A DNA stretch of 64,000 bases, from positions 146,196,001 through 146,260,000 of the forward strand of contig OZ024741.1 in the NCBI GenBank assembly GCA_964016885.1, written 5' to 3'. This DNA comes from Eledone cirrhosa (taxonomy: Eukaryota). The notes beneath the pieces were generated by a model, which saw nothing but the letters and a program-made list of their open reading frames with translations, was not told the DNA's origin and searched no databases. Both the position numbers and the translations under genes were made by a program. The number at the start of each line of letters is the position of its first letter. Within the stretch, counting starts at the first letter, position 1. This document shows, one piece after another, positions 25,859 through 37,815 of this stretch.

Positions 25859-26864
25859 TATATATATATAAAAAACGTTGCAACTGAGGGAAAACAGGAA
25901 GACGATACTTTGATTCATGAGGACGTTTCCTGGCAATGAACGAAAAAAAACGAAGATAATACGTCGTTATGTGGGTCGGTGAGAACAATTTCACGCAAAG
26001 ACAAAACCCAAACCACCTTTATGGTATAAATGGAGTCATTAGACTAATATTCTATTTAGGAAACTGAAGGATTCACAGCTCCGGAATTTAAGAATAATGT
26101 AAATAAATTTGTTGAATGAAATTGACAGAGGTTATTAAAATCGTAAAAGTAATAATAGTTAAGATTTATACAATATATAATTGTTTCTACTTTAGGCACA
26201 AGGCCAACAATTAACCAGTGCATTACTGGTACTTTATTTTATCGACCCCATAAGGATGAAAGGCAAAGTCAACCTCGGATAATAATATACATATATATAT
26301 ATGTATGTGTGTGTGTGTAGTGTCATTGAATTTTGTAATAAACATACAAGTAGGTAAAGTACTCAATACAGGGGACAAGTTGTGTTATATGAAATATTTT
26401 ATTACATCAACAATAGATTATCCAAATACACATGTTTCACTAGGAGGATCTAAGACTCTTCCAGGTCATCTGTTTGGCCATATTAAAATGAACTCTGGCA
26501 TTAATTTTGTCCTTCTTTTATAAAAGAGTTTGAAAGAGAGGGGCAACAATTATTAAAGGGTTAGGTTTGTAGAAGGAGAGAAAATAGAGGTAACACGGGA
26601 GGGGAAGGGAAATAACTTTTGACATGCTTAAATTTTAAAGTAAGCTTAAGAATCTACATATGTTAGAGACAATAAGATAGAGATCTGTAGGAAGGGGTTG
26701 GGTGAGGAACTAGTGGGGAAGGAGGGGTACCTTGTGTGATGTATTTGATGTTAATTAAACAGTCTCTCCTTATTGGAGAGTTTATAGAAGTTAATTGCTC
26801 ATAGGGAGAGGTGAAGTTTGCGTTATGTCTGCGAAATATTTTAACCTGTGATTTTTCAAATTTT

Positions 26865-27180
26865 GAATATACCGAGTTGAAGATAGCAAGTTTGGCGTTT
26901 ACACTAACCCTCTCCTTCCTGTTGGCCTGATGACTCTATATGAATACCCTAGTATTTGTTTTCAGATAATTGGGGCTAAATCAATACCATTCAATGTGGA
27001 AGTCAGACTCTGCTAAAGGTGTGTACTGTCACCTCACCTGTTCATAATCTTGAACTGGATTGATGTGTGCAGCTGGGTTGGAAGTGGTATCACAACTGGT
27101 GGGTGTAAGATCAGTTGGCTAGAATTTGCAGATGACATGGTATTACTTAACTCATCAGAAGATGATCACTGACATGCACA
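26865..27180. mobile_element. Rex3/Expander-like LINE fragments in opposite orientations
   Basis: 26870-26920 matches 1817-1865 in the same orientation; 26955-27180 is the reverse complement of 2090-2320. Confidence 0.7.
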
Positions 27181-27299
27181 TTAGTACCCAACAAAGATAT
27201 TTTTTGACAGGCAGCCACCTAACACTGTTCTAAGCCAACAGCGGTTTTATAAAAAATAATTTCATACTCTCGAGACCAGAAACTACCAAAAAAAAAAAA

Positions 27300-27490
27300 A
27301 ACTGAAGCAATCATGTGACTCTCCCTTTTTCCTCTTAATGTTAAAACAAACATGGAATAATACCTTAGTACTCATAAAGAAACATTTCCCTGTCAGCCAC
27401 AAGTATAGACAAATATTCAACTGCTATACAGTAAAACTGGGGAATTCCTGGGCAAGTAGTATTAAATCCTACATCACCATCAACCATCTT
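27300..27490 (+). mobile_element. Penelope (Hydra-like) RT-thumb remnant
   Basis: PFPLNVKTN..LIKKHFPVSHKYRQIFNCYTVKLG, same region as the PLE2 remnant near 14960. Confidence 0.6.
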
Positions 27491-28295
27491 TTGTGAGGGA
27501 AAAATCTATTTCATACTTATTATTGCATAGCAATAATATGAATATTTGAATCTGATTAAAAATATATTTCTTATAAAATTCCTTAAATATGTGTTTCAAT
27601 TAATTTTTTAACACTTTAATTACCTTATTTCTAATGAAAGACACCACCGCTCTTTTAAAAATAAATTTGATAATAATTAAAATTTAGTAGGATATAGTAA
27701 TATAACTGTGCAGTATTTTCTTCACATGGTTGTTATATACCAGCTTTAGACTCTAAATCATCTGTCTTACAAATGAATGAATGTCTGTTAAACTTAGCTA
27801 TTTATAAAATATATTTACCTAAAAAACATCCATCAAAATTTTATGTAAAAACCATTATGTTAGTATCCACAAACCAACTTAGTGATAAAAAAGTTAGTTA
27901 TATAACTAAATTTCATCAAGCTAAAAAGAACAATTTAAACAGGGTGTCAGCATTTAAAATCCTTTCATTAATATAACTAGAGTGGGGACAGGGAATATAT
28001 CTGTTACTGGCAATGATCTTGACAAGTTTTAGTTACAAACATTGTTGCCTCCAGCCTAGAGGATTAGTGGGTGAAATTCCAAAGGGTGCTATTGATTTCC
28101 TGCTGATGAAATGATTATCAATGAGTTTTTACCTTTTGGTTTTTATGTTATCTATTATTTTTGTACTTTTCATTTAGTGTGGGAATGACTCACACATGAC
28201 ATGACATCTGGATCCCTATGAGTCTGCTCTAGTTATCAGTGTGTTCAGCCAGATTTATTTATATATATATATAAACATGTACTATATATAAATAT

Positions 28296-28319
28296 GTACA
28301 AGCTACGGCAGGATAGATT

Positions 28320-28352
<33 letters not shown>

Positions 28353-28400
28353 GGCCCTGCACAAGGATGACACGCAAATTTGTGAAGCGTTCCATATTTT
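28296..28400 (+). ncRNA. U6: U6 snRNA full-length copy, probably a retropseudogene
   Basis: CTAAAATTGGAACGATACAGAGAAGATTAGCATGGCCCTGCACAAGGATGACACGCAAATTTGTGAAGCGTTCCATATTTT matches metazoan U6; ACAGAGA box and AGC intact; 5' stem diverged; 1-nt deletion and substitutions in the ISL/3' region. Confidence 0.95.
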
Positions 28401-28410
28401 ATTTATTTAT

Positions 28411-28765
28411 GGAGGCACATGGCTTAATGGTTAGAGCATTTGGCTTGCAATCGAAAGGTTGTGAGTTCAATTCTCAAACCTGGTGATGTGTTGTTTCCTT
28501 GAGCAAGACACTTTATTTCACATTGCTCCAGTTTACACAGCTGTAGAAATGAGATGATAGGGACTGGGGTCCATATCATTACATTGCAAAGTGGTCGTGG
28601 AGGTGCTATGGTAAAAAAGCACCCAACACTCACTGTAAATGAGGTTGGTGTTAGGAAGGGCATCCAGCTGTAGAAATCAAGCCAGAATCAGTTCCCGTCC
28701 CACCCTTGCAAGCAGGGAAAAGCGGACGTAAAATGATGATGATGGTGATGATGATGATGATGATG
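28411..28765 (+). mobile_element. Full-length composite tRNA-SINE (tRNA head, core, Nin/Deu-like domain, RTE-type tail)
   Basis: TGGCTTAATGG A box, GAGTTCAATTC B box, CTTGAGCAAGACACTTTATTTCAC, GGTTGGTGTTAGGAAGGGCATCCAGC, GCAAGCAGGGAAAAGCGGACGTAAAA(TGA)n. Confidence 0.9.
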
Positions 28766-30607
28766 CACACAGATGTATGGCTGCAATTGAAACCAAGAGA
28801 GAAAAAAGTTTAAACAAAGGAGAATATTTTGTGAACATTTGACTATTAGAATATTATTGTCTGCTAAAATAAAAAAAAATATTAAAGTCATTTTTAAATG
28901 AGAGCAACAGTGTGGTTATTTATTTTAAAGACATAAACTCAAAATTGCAGATTTATTTTTATTGTTAGATGCTTCATTTAAGGGGAGAATTAACTGAATA
29001 GTTATGGAACTCAGCTTTGAAATTGCAATGGAATATTACTCATAGTTCACTGGGTGGAAATTTACACAAAACAAATTATCATGATATATAATCTAATATG
29101 ACTTCCCTGAATCTCCCAAAACTGTTGTTTCTTTTGAGAAATGTCTTTCCAATATATGGTTTTCATTCTCTGGTGTCAACCTTAATTTTTTTTTATTTCA
29201 GAAATTGGTTTATTTTTTTCCATTTAAATATCTTTTTATAAATTTATTTCATTGGTAAAACGAATTATATTTAGCATTAAAGATATTCTGTAGATAAGAA
29301 TTCAAAATGATAAAAAATCAAATGAAAATTGTTGTTACTCGTGAAGTCACAAATAAGTGACTTTAAAATATAACATTTTTCTTAATAAGTTGAGATAAGA
29401 ATCAATTAAATGCTACACTTTATGTATTCATATTTAGAAAGTATTTTAATTATATACTGAATAATTTAAATATCAAATCTCCATTGCCAAATTAACAAAA
29501 GAGAGTAAAAATATTTTGTAAAAATGCAAAAAGTGAAAGAAAATAATAATAAAAATAATAGTAATAATAAAATGTTGCTAATTAATTTAAGATAGGATTC
29601 AAAGTCATACAGAAATACCATAGATCATTATCTTCTTGATTAAAAAGGAAATAATTATTTAGAGAAATAAATTGAATTTATTAAAATTCATTTTCTATTA
29701 TATCTTTGAAAATTTCTTCACATGATTTAGATTCTAAAGACAAACGAATAGCATTTTTTAAAGCAATTTTTATACTAGTTTTCAATTGATCACACTAAAA
29801 CTATTAAATTCCTATTCTTCTAACTGTTCACTCTCAAATGTCACTAACTCAAATGATCTAGCTTTATGAATAATATCTGTGTGATCAATACTTTTATAGA
29901 TTTAGAATTAATTTCAGAAAAATTCAAATGAAACTTGTTGACTAATTGCTGGTTCTGTACGGATGATACATGTTGCCTGCTACCCCAAATTTTCTGAAAA
30001 CAACACATTATTGTAGTTACTTTTCATCTAAAGAGCATTTGAGCAAAATGATATTTACTGAAACAGATTTTTATCAGAATGGATTTTCATCAAAATAACT
30101 TTTTATTGAAAGGATTTTTCAATAATGTTATAAAAATTTTATTTTGTAAAATAATGTTAAATATAGAAGAACCTTTACTATACAATATAAATAGAATTTC
30201 CATCCAAAAAATTCATTAAAACAAATCAGTAAAATAACTTTTAAAATTCCTACCTCCACAGTTTCATAAATTTCTACAGATCACAAATAGTTAATCATTC
30301 AATAATTAACACTTTATATTCATTTACAGTATTATTTAGTTGTTCATTTACAATATATTGTAATGATTTGTTATCAAAACTGCATTCCATAGAATAATTT
30401 TGTTAATAATAATATTTCTATCAGCAGTCAAGTGAATTTTGTATATTGGAAAAGTTTAGATCTTGTAGCATTGTTGTAAATTGACTTTATCAAAGAAATA
30501 GTTCACATCTTTTTTTTTTATTCTTGGTAATTTATATTTTACATGGAATCAGATGTGTAAGCAGTTAGAAGGAAGTAATCTGTTGATTTTCAGAAGGTTG
30601 TGATTAA

Positions 30608-31251
30608 CTCTTTTGATACCAAACCACCAAATAAATATTGCAAACAAATTTCACAGAGTAAGATCAATTGAGGGAAAAATATGCAAACTAAACTGGAGTA
30701 TATATAGCATGTCACAATAATTTTAAGGCAGGAGCAAAATAATAATAATAATAATAATTGCATTACCAACAGACTGTATGACAGTGTACAACAAACAAGA
30801 TTCTGTGTTCATACCCCAAAAAAGCTTAAATTCTGTTATGGCTTTGGTAACAACACTTTCATTCTCATATTTCCAATGAAGGACACTGCCCATGATTTCA
30901 AATCCTTTTGAAAATAATCAAAATTTGGAATGGTTTAATAATTGTTAATAATGTAAGTAGATTTCTTATAAAGGTGGTGTTTCGACCATAGATTCAAGGT
31001 TGTTACATTAAATAATGATGGAAGGTGTTTAAATAAATATAAATATTTTTTAAAAAATAACCTTCAGTAGAAGAGCCTGTTCGAAAAATACATTGCAGTC
31101 TCCATGTCATGCCACAAAAACTGGTGATGGACCTGTGACCTGTCCTGGGAGACGTGGCATGGATGCACAAAGATTATGTATCTCAAGATAAAATAAACAG
31201 CTTAATATAATAGAATCAAAAGGGAATTCAGGTGATTTGGTATCAAAAGTG
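30608..31251. mobile_element. piggyBac-type MITE
   Basis: TTAA at 30604-30607 and 31252-31255; TIR CTCTTTTGATACCAAACCACC vs reverse complement CACTTTTGATACCAAATCACC (19 of 21 match). Confidence 0.85.
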
Positions 31252-31850
31252 TTAACAATGTTGCTCTGGCAACTGCATATAAACTGGTGAGTTCTGATAG
31301 TTTAATGCTACGTTATGAGCTTATGAATGTTAATCAACTATCTTGATTGTAATCTATCTCAGAGTTTCCTGCCAGTTTGCTTTGCTCATAAAATCTGTCC
31401 AGTAATTATTTCTTTAGACAATCAAATCACATATCCATAGCACCACTGCTATGTTCAAATAGTAACAATATAAAATATCTTGTCCACATTTTAAAGAGGT
31501 TTGTAGGAGCAGAACATACTACTATTAAAATTTATGTTAAGTCTGAAAGATATTTCTAAAACAGTGAAATTGTCAAGAGAATACATACTCTTTATGATGG
31601 AACATGATTCTTTGGATCATGAAAACATTAGAATGTAATTACATCATATAAATGTCATTTTAGTCATTCAAAACACAGTACCCAAATCACAAACAGTACA
31701 ACAAAAAGTTTGACACTATGAAATTAACGATTAATATAAAATGAACCTAAAAGTTTTTTGAGTGATTTTTATGGTTAAAGTGACTTCCACGCTGTAAGTA
31801 CTTTAGATTCAACAAACTGTCTCAATTCAAGTCGGAGAAGTAGAATTCTT

Positions 31851-31894
31851 ACCGTCCTGACGATGGCCAGTTAAGCCTGAAATGCATAGACGGT
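31851..31894 (+). ncRNA. Minimal type I hammerhead ribozyme (solo)
   Basis: ACCGTC CTGACGA T GGC-CAGTTAA-GCC T GAAA TGCA TA GACGGT: perfect stem I, palindromic stem III. Confidence 0.85.
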
Positions 31895-32740
31895 TGTCCC
31901 CCTTGCTTCTGCTGGACATCACCAGAGGGCATTAGCCCCCCCCCACTCCCCCGGCGTTTGCATAGCTACGGCTTCCTAAAACCGTATTTCTTTGGAGATA
32001 TGAAATATTTATACATATAATAGTGTATTATTACACCTAATGTTGAATCATAAAAGATAAATAACAACAGTCACTGAATTTGAAGAAAGTGAATCACATT
32101 CAATATAAATTTTTTTAAATGAGAAAAGAAATTGATAAAATAAAAAGAAGGAAGAAAATCTTAGTCCTATCAAATGTTTAAAAATTTATGTTGTGCAATA
32201 CAAAGTATTTATAACATTTAAAATTTGTGTTTTACCGATTTCATATAAGAAGTACATTTTATCTCTATCCCTCACACTATGTATAAATACTGTATATATA
32301 TATATATATATGGTAATAATAATAAATGTGAAGACTAAAATCCAAAGAGGGCTCGATAAGGATAAATATATATCAAATATATAAGAACCCTAGTGATGTA
32401 TATTCTTCATGCAGAAACAACACCTGAATATTTCTACAAAGAACATACCCATACCTAGCAGGAAGATATATCTAAAACTTTTGAAAGTATCGTCTTCCTG
32501 TTTTCCTTCAGTTGCAACGTTTTCCGAAATATTTATTTCTGCGTTCACAGATTGATTTTTTTAGTTTCAGAAGATCCTGTTAAGGGTGAAAGCAGCGATT
32601 CTTTGCTTAAACTTTAATCTGTTATTTTAAGGAATATATATATATATATATATACACTCCCAAACACACACACACTTATCCTTCTACATCACCAATGTCT
32701 ATTTGATACTCTGTAAACCATTTAATGACTGCAAGGGGCA

Positions 32741-32815
32741 TATTTAGAGTGTCTACTCTCCTAGATGGGTAGCCATATGAAGGCTACCCATCTAGGAGAG
32801 TAGACACTCTAAATA
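32741..32815. repeat. Perfect 34-bp inverted repeat with 7-nt loop
   Basis: TATTTAGAGTGTCTACTCTCCTAGATGGGTAGCC-ATATGAA-GGCTACCCATCTAGGAGAGTAGACACTCTAAATA. Confidence 0.98.
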
Positions 32816-33228
32816 AAAACTGATACAGGGTGAAGAGGACTCTTAAGTCCAGTAAGACAACCTCCCTAGTGTTGGTGGCATGAATAATGCACCAACTCCA
32901 TGCTGTAAAATGGTTGATCATAGGAAGAGCATCCAGCCAGAAAAACCCAGCCAAAATATAATAAATACAACTAATATGATTTCCACTGATTGCATACACA
33001 GGACTAAAACTAGTCATGTTAGTGCTGTGCATGGTAGTGGTATGGTTATAGTAACCATGTGTGAGAATACCTCAACAAGTATATAGAAACTCTAACCAAG
33101 GAACTAACAACAACTGTCAAGGTACAGATCTCAGAACTGCCACCCTGAATGATGGCACTCTGAAAGGCAAATCATGTGAAATTGTGGAACTGTAAGAGAC
33201 AAGAGAAATAGATGTATGCTGTGTGCAT
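32782..33228 (+). mobile_element. RTE LINE 5' remnant (5' UTR and start of AP endonuclease)
   Basis: LRTATLNDGTLKGKSCEIVEL*ETREIDVCCV is APE motif I; the UTR contains GGTTGATCATAGGAAGAGCATCCAGCC. Confidence 0.7.
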
Positions 33229-33271
33229 GTGTGTGTGCATGTGTGTGTGTGTTTTAATAAATATATATATG

Positions 33272-33914
33272 TATATATATATAATAGAAAATAGAAGCTT
33301 TCGTCATATTTTTTACTAAAGGAATTTTAGCCTGATAGTGGGGTTTAGAACTCTCTAAGAAATGGAAAAAGAGGAGAATTGACGTCAATACACATCTTTT
33401 TTAAATTTCTTAGTGTTCTATTTTCTATTTCAAACTCATTTGCTGTTTCAAAAAAAACTTTCTTGTCATATATATATACTACTAAAACTCTGTGACTGTG
33501 TGTTTGTCTGTAATTTAATACAGACAAGCGGGAAAAGCGGACGTAAAATGATGATGATGATGATGATGATGATGATATATACATGTCTGTGTATATTTTA
33601 ATTATTTAAAAATTATTTTTAGGTGAACATGATTTTTAAAAATGTTTCTAAGTAAACATGACCTAACAGGTCATGTGATTGTGTGCTCGTCTGTAATTTA
33701 ATACAGCCTAAACGGCGCATAATGCGAAAATACTTTGAAAGGAAGTTGCCCCTGAAATGGGAATACAAATGGAATAAAACAAGTTTCGCATATATCGAAG
33801 CACAAATTCCCGGGTACCTTCATAGATTGAGAGAGAGAAAGATAGACAGAAAGAGATAGTGGTTATGAGAGAATAGATTGAAAGAGAGACATAGACAGAG
33901 AAGGAGACAGAGAA

Positions 33915-33950
<36 letters not shown>

Positions 33951-34085
33951 CGCTGGTGGTGTTCATTTTACATTATATACATGTCTGTGTATATTTTAAT
34001 TATTCAAAAATTATTTTTAAGTGAATATGATTTTTAAAAAATTATTTTTAAGTGAACGTGACCCAACAGGCCATGACTGGTCTAG
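33272..34085 (+). mobile_element. Non-autonomous Helitron-like element with internal partial tandem
   Basis: 5' TATATATATAATAGAAAA; 3' hairpin CGTGACCCAACAGGCCATG then CTAG|T (34082-34085); subterminal ~100 bp duplicated at 33577-33675. Confidence 0.7.
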
Positions 34086-34149
34086 TACATACATAATTGT
34101 AACTTTGATAGGTTTTGGCCAGTATTGGCCCAGGCCATATCTAGCTTAA

Positions 34150-34440
34150 TATCACCACCTGGCGAAGTCTTTCAGATCAGGATTTGGACACCATGGCCCA
34201 TTCAAGAAGAGAGTTGTTGTTTACAGAGACATATAAGGGTGTAGGAGGTTTATCCGGGATTTCTTGAAGGAATTTGTCCAAAGACTTCTTGAACTTTACG
34301 GGGTCTGTTTCTGTTTTAAGGTATTTTGATGTAATGTTAAAGAGAGCAGGGCCATTTGAGGTGAAATAATTGTGCTGTATTGTTGTTATGAGATGTGAGT
34401 TTGATTTTTGTTGTGGGTGGATAGCATGGGGCTATACATA
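34150..34440 (-). mobile_element. CR1/L2-group LINE 3' remnant
   Basis: Minus strand NYFTSNGPALFNI..PVKFKKSLDKFLQEIPDKPPTP..NNSLLEW. Confidence 0.7.
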
Positions 34441-34733
34441 TTCTATTTATTTACTTCTTGTTCCAGCTGATAGGCTGGGACCATTAATACTACACTTTTT
34501 ACAGCCAGCTTTCTTTGGTTGGCCATTGATGCAAAAGGGATTTTGTTGCTACCACCCTCAACTGCACTTCTCCTCATGCTGTGGGTTAATCTGGGTTCTT
34601 GGCCAGTGGGATGTCAAATTGTTTCTTAAAAACATCCACATTGTAAGTGTATCATTGTATATATATCTGTTGTAAAATATATATATGCATATATCTATAT
34701 TTATATATCTATATACATATATGTGTATATGTG

Positions 34734-34782
<49 letters not shown>

Positions 34783-35339
34783 ATAGATGTATATACACAC
34801 ACATATATATATACAAACCCATATATGTGTATGTGTGAATGTATTTATGTATGTATGTATAATTTTATGTTTGCATATATGATTAAATAAATACAATGCT
34901 GTTTTGTTCTTTCTTTTATATAATCTTCCAGATATTTTGCAGTGAATAAAAGCTATTGGAAAGAATCTCTAAAACATATGGTTCTGTTTTGTTATTTCTC
35001 CCCACCACACAAAAGAGAATTGACAGCATTTAAACAGAAACTAAAATTAGATGTATTCGTATATTCTTTAGCTATGAGATATATCTTTTAGGAAAAGTCA
35101 ATATTGTTAAATTTCTTGCGAATATCCCCACTTGTCTCTATATAAATATATATGTATGTGTGTGTTTGTGTAATAGAAATAACTTCTATGGAAGTAGAAC
35201 TGTTTCATTCATTTGAAATCATGAGGAATGTCAAATAGATTTGGTCAGAAAAAGAAAAAATATATATATGAACATATTTAGTTATTCAGGTCCTCTTCTC
35301 ATAGTGCCCAGGTCTCACTACCATGCAACATTGCTGTTC

Positions 35340-35379
<40 letters not shown>

Positions 35380-36647
35380 ACATCATCAACACTATTTAAT
35401 GTCCATTTTCTATGCTAGCATGGGTTAGATGAACTGTCCCATTGTGAGACAAGCCAGGTTGGATGACTGTGTCTTGTTCATACAAAACTGATTTTGACTT
35501 TGTTTCTATGGCTGGACACCTATATTCATCATCGATAACTACTCTAAATATACATACGTTACACATATATACACTATATACGTATATACATTACACACAT
35601 ATACACAATATACATACATATATATATCTGTATGTGTATATATGAGTATGTATATTTAGGGTAGTTATTGATGGTGAATATAGATAGATTGATTGGAGCC
35701 AGAATGGCCTTGTTTACGTATATATATATTTTTTCCCCCAACTCTGTTGTTCTAACCTTTTCTCTCTCTCTCCAAATACTCCAATTCCTGAAGAAGGACT
35801 TATGTCATGTCCAGCATATTGAAACCTACATCTACCTCTTCTTATGTGTGAAACTAAGACTTTGTTTTTGCACCTGTGTTTTGACTTGTCTATTCTTGAA
35901 CTATATTGTATATATATATTAGTGTGTGTGTGTGTATTACTGTTTATTCAGGAAAGGAAATAAAAATGCCTCTGACCACTTTCAGACCCTTCAACACTGA
36001 TGGGTAGGAGAGGAAGGTAACAACAAACTACATACCTAGTTGGAAATAAACCAGGTGACTGCGGAAGTCATATTGTTTGACTGAACAAAAATTAGCATAG
36101 TGAATATAAAGTGGATTTTAAAATATATGAAAATACGAACAAACAGACTGAGCTTTTTAGTTTTATCCATTTGACAATGAGAACTATATTTTTAACAAAA
36201 AGTATTTAATGTCCTTACCGTGGCAAAATTCATCAAATTTTATCAACTTTAAAGACATCAGGTTGTTATCAAAACAATATTCTAATAAAAAGTATATGCT
36301 CTCATTGTGCTGGTATCACAAAAATAATGTGCCAAGAAAACATTCTAAAGTTATGTTATGAAGGGCATCGAGCTAAAGAAACCATGCCAAATATGTAATG
36401 TATGAGCAAGATGAGGTTGCTCTGATATGTCTTGTCATGAATGTAGACAACCTGTCCAACACATGCCAGTGTGGAAAGTAGATGTAAAACGAGGATGGTT
36501 AATTTTTTTGAATTTAATACATCTCTGTATAACTTTTCAATTCCAATGTTCTCCCCATGGAACAAGAATTCTGTCAATACACACTTTATTCAATACTGGT
36601 ATATTTCTTCATTGATACTGAATAATACTACTGCTAAATAATACTAG

Positions 36648-36841
36648 AGGCAATGAATTGGCAGAGTCGTCAGGGCATCAGATAGAATACTTTGTGGTAT
36701 TCATTCTGGCTCTATGAGTTTAAATCCTGCCAAGGTCAACTTTGCCTTTCATCCATTTGAGGTTGATGAAAAAAGTACCAGTCCAGTACTGGGTCCATTC
36801 ATTCTCTCTCTCTCTCCCTCTCCCTCTCTCTCTCTCTCTCT

Positions 36842-36879
<38 letters not shown>

Positions 36880-37215
36880 GGAAGAATTCAGCTATATTCA
36901 GACCTGGTGAGAGGAATGGCTATACCTGGTTTAAAGCACCCAGCCCCTGCATCTCCATCAGGAGTTATGGTTCCATACACAATTAATACTAACCTGCTAA
37001 GTTTGCATTATATGTAAATATGGGCAGTGGATTGGCAGTATCCGTAGAGGGTCAGATGCCATGCTTTACAGCTTAGAGTTATGGCCCTTTACTGTCTGAG
37101 TTCAAATCCTGCCAAAGTTAACTTTGCCTTTCATCCTTACCGGGTCAATAAAATAAAGTACCAGTAATGCACCGGGATAATTGCTGGCCTTGTGCCAAAA
37201 GTAGAAACAATTATG
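36648..37215 (+). mobile_element. Two tandem tRNA-derived SINEs (36648-36985 and 37022-37215)
   Basis: TGGCAGAGTCG / TGGCAGTATCCG heads, GAGTT.AAATCC B box, TTTGCCTTTCATCC core. Confidence 0.85.
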
Positions 37216-37423
37216 TGTAAATATGCTATCAACAATATAGTTTATTTACAAAGCATATATAAGAAGACATTTTCTTCAGCACTTTAGTGCCCCAGATGAA
37301 GTAAGTGTCTTCTGAAGTATAAAAATCAGGAAATATCTAAACACACTCTTACACAGATACTGAAATAGCTATAATATAATCACAACTTAAAATACTCAAT
37401 GAAATTATATACATGTGTATTAT

Positions 37424-37457
<34 letters not shown>

Positions 37458-37524
37458 GCATTTATTCTTCATATGCATGCATTTGCACATACACACACGA
37501 AGCATTGTAAGAGATCATGCAGAT

Positions 37525-37815
37525 CCTTTTTGCATTCATTTTTCCATGCTTGCATGGCTTCCACAGGTCTTTTCCAGCATACCTGCCCTTCACTTATTGC
37601 ATTCCTTCATTATTTCCTCTGTAAGGTTCAGCAGTTTGAGGTCTGCTCTCACCACATCAGCACAAGCTTTCCTCTACTGTAAGACCCTTCCACTGGAAAG
37701 TCCTTCACTTCTTCACCCAATGATCATCAACCATGCACAACACATTTCCATATCAACTCAGTCTAGCACACTAATTTGATTACTCTTATACCTTGTTTTT
37801 CTCTGAGCTCAATCA
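37525..37815 (-). mobile_element. RTE LINE 3' fragment
   Basis: TTTTCCATGCTTGCATGG tail; reverse-complement homology to 19680-19960. Confidence 0.65.

Noticed and set aside
28411-28490. tRNA gene (also 10103, 37022 and others)
   Set aside because: A and B boxes run into SINE bodies; no complete cloverleaf.
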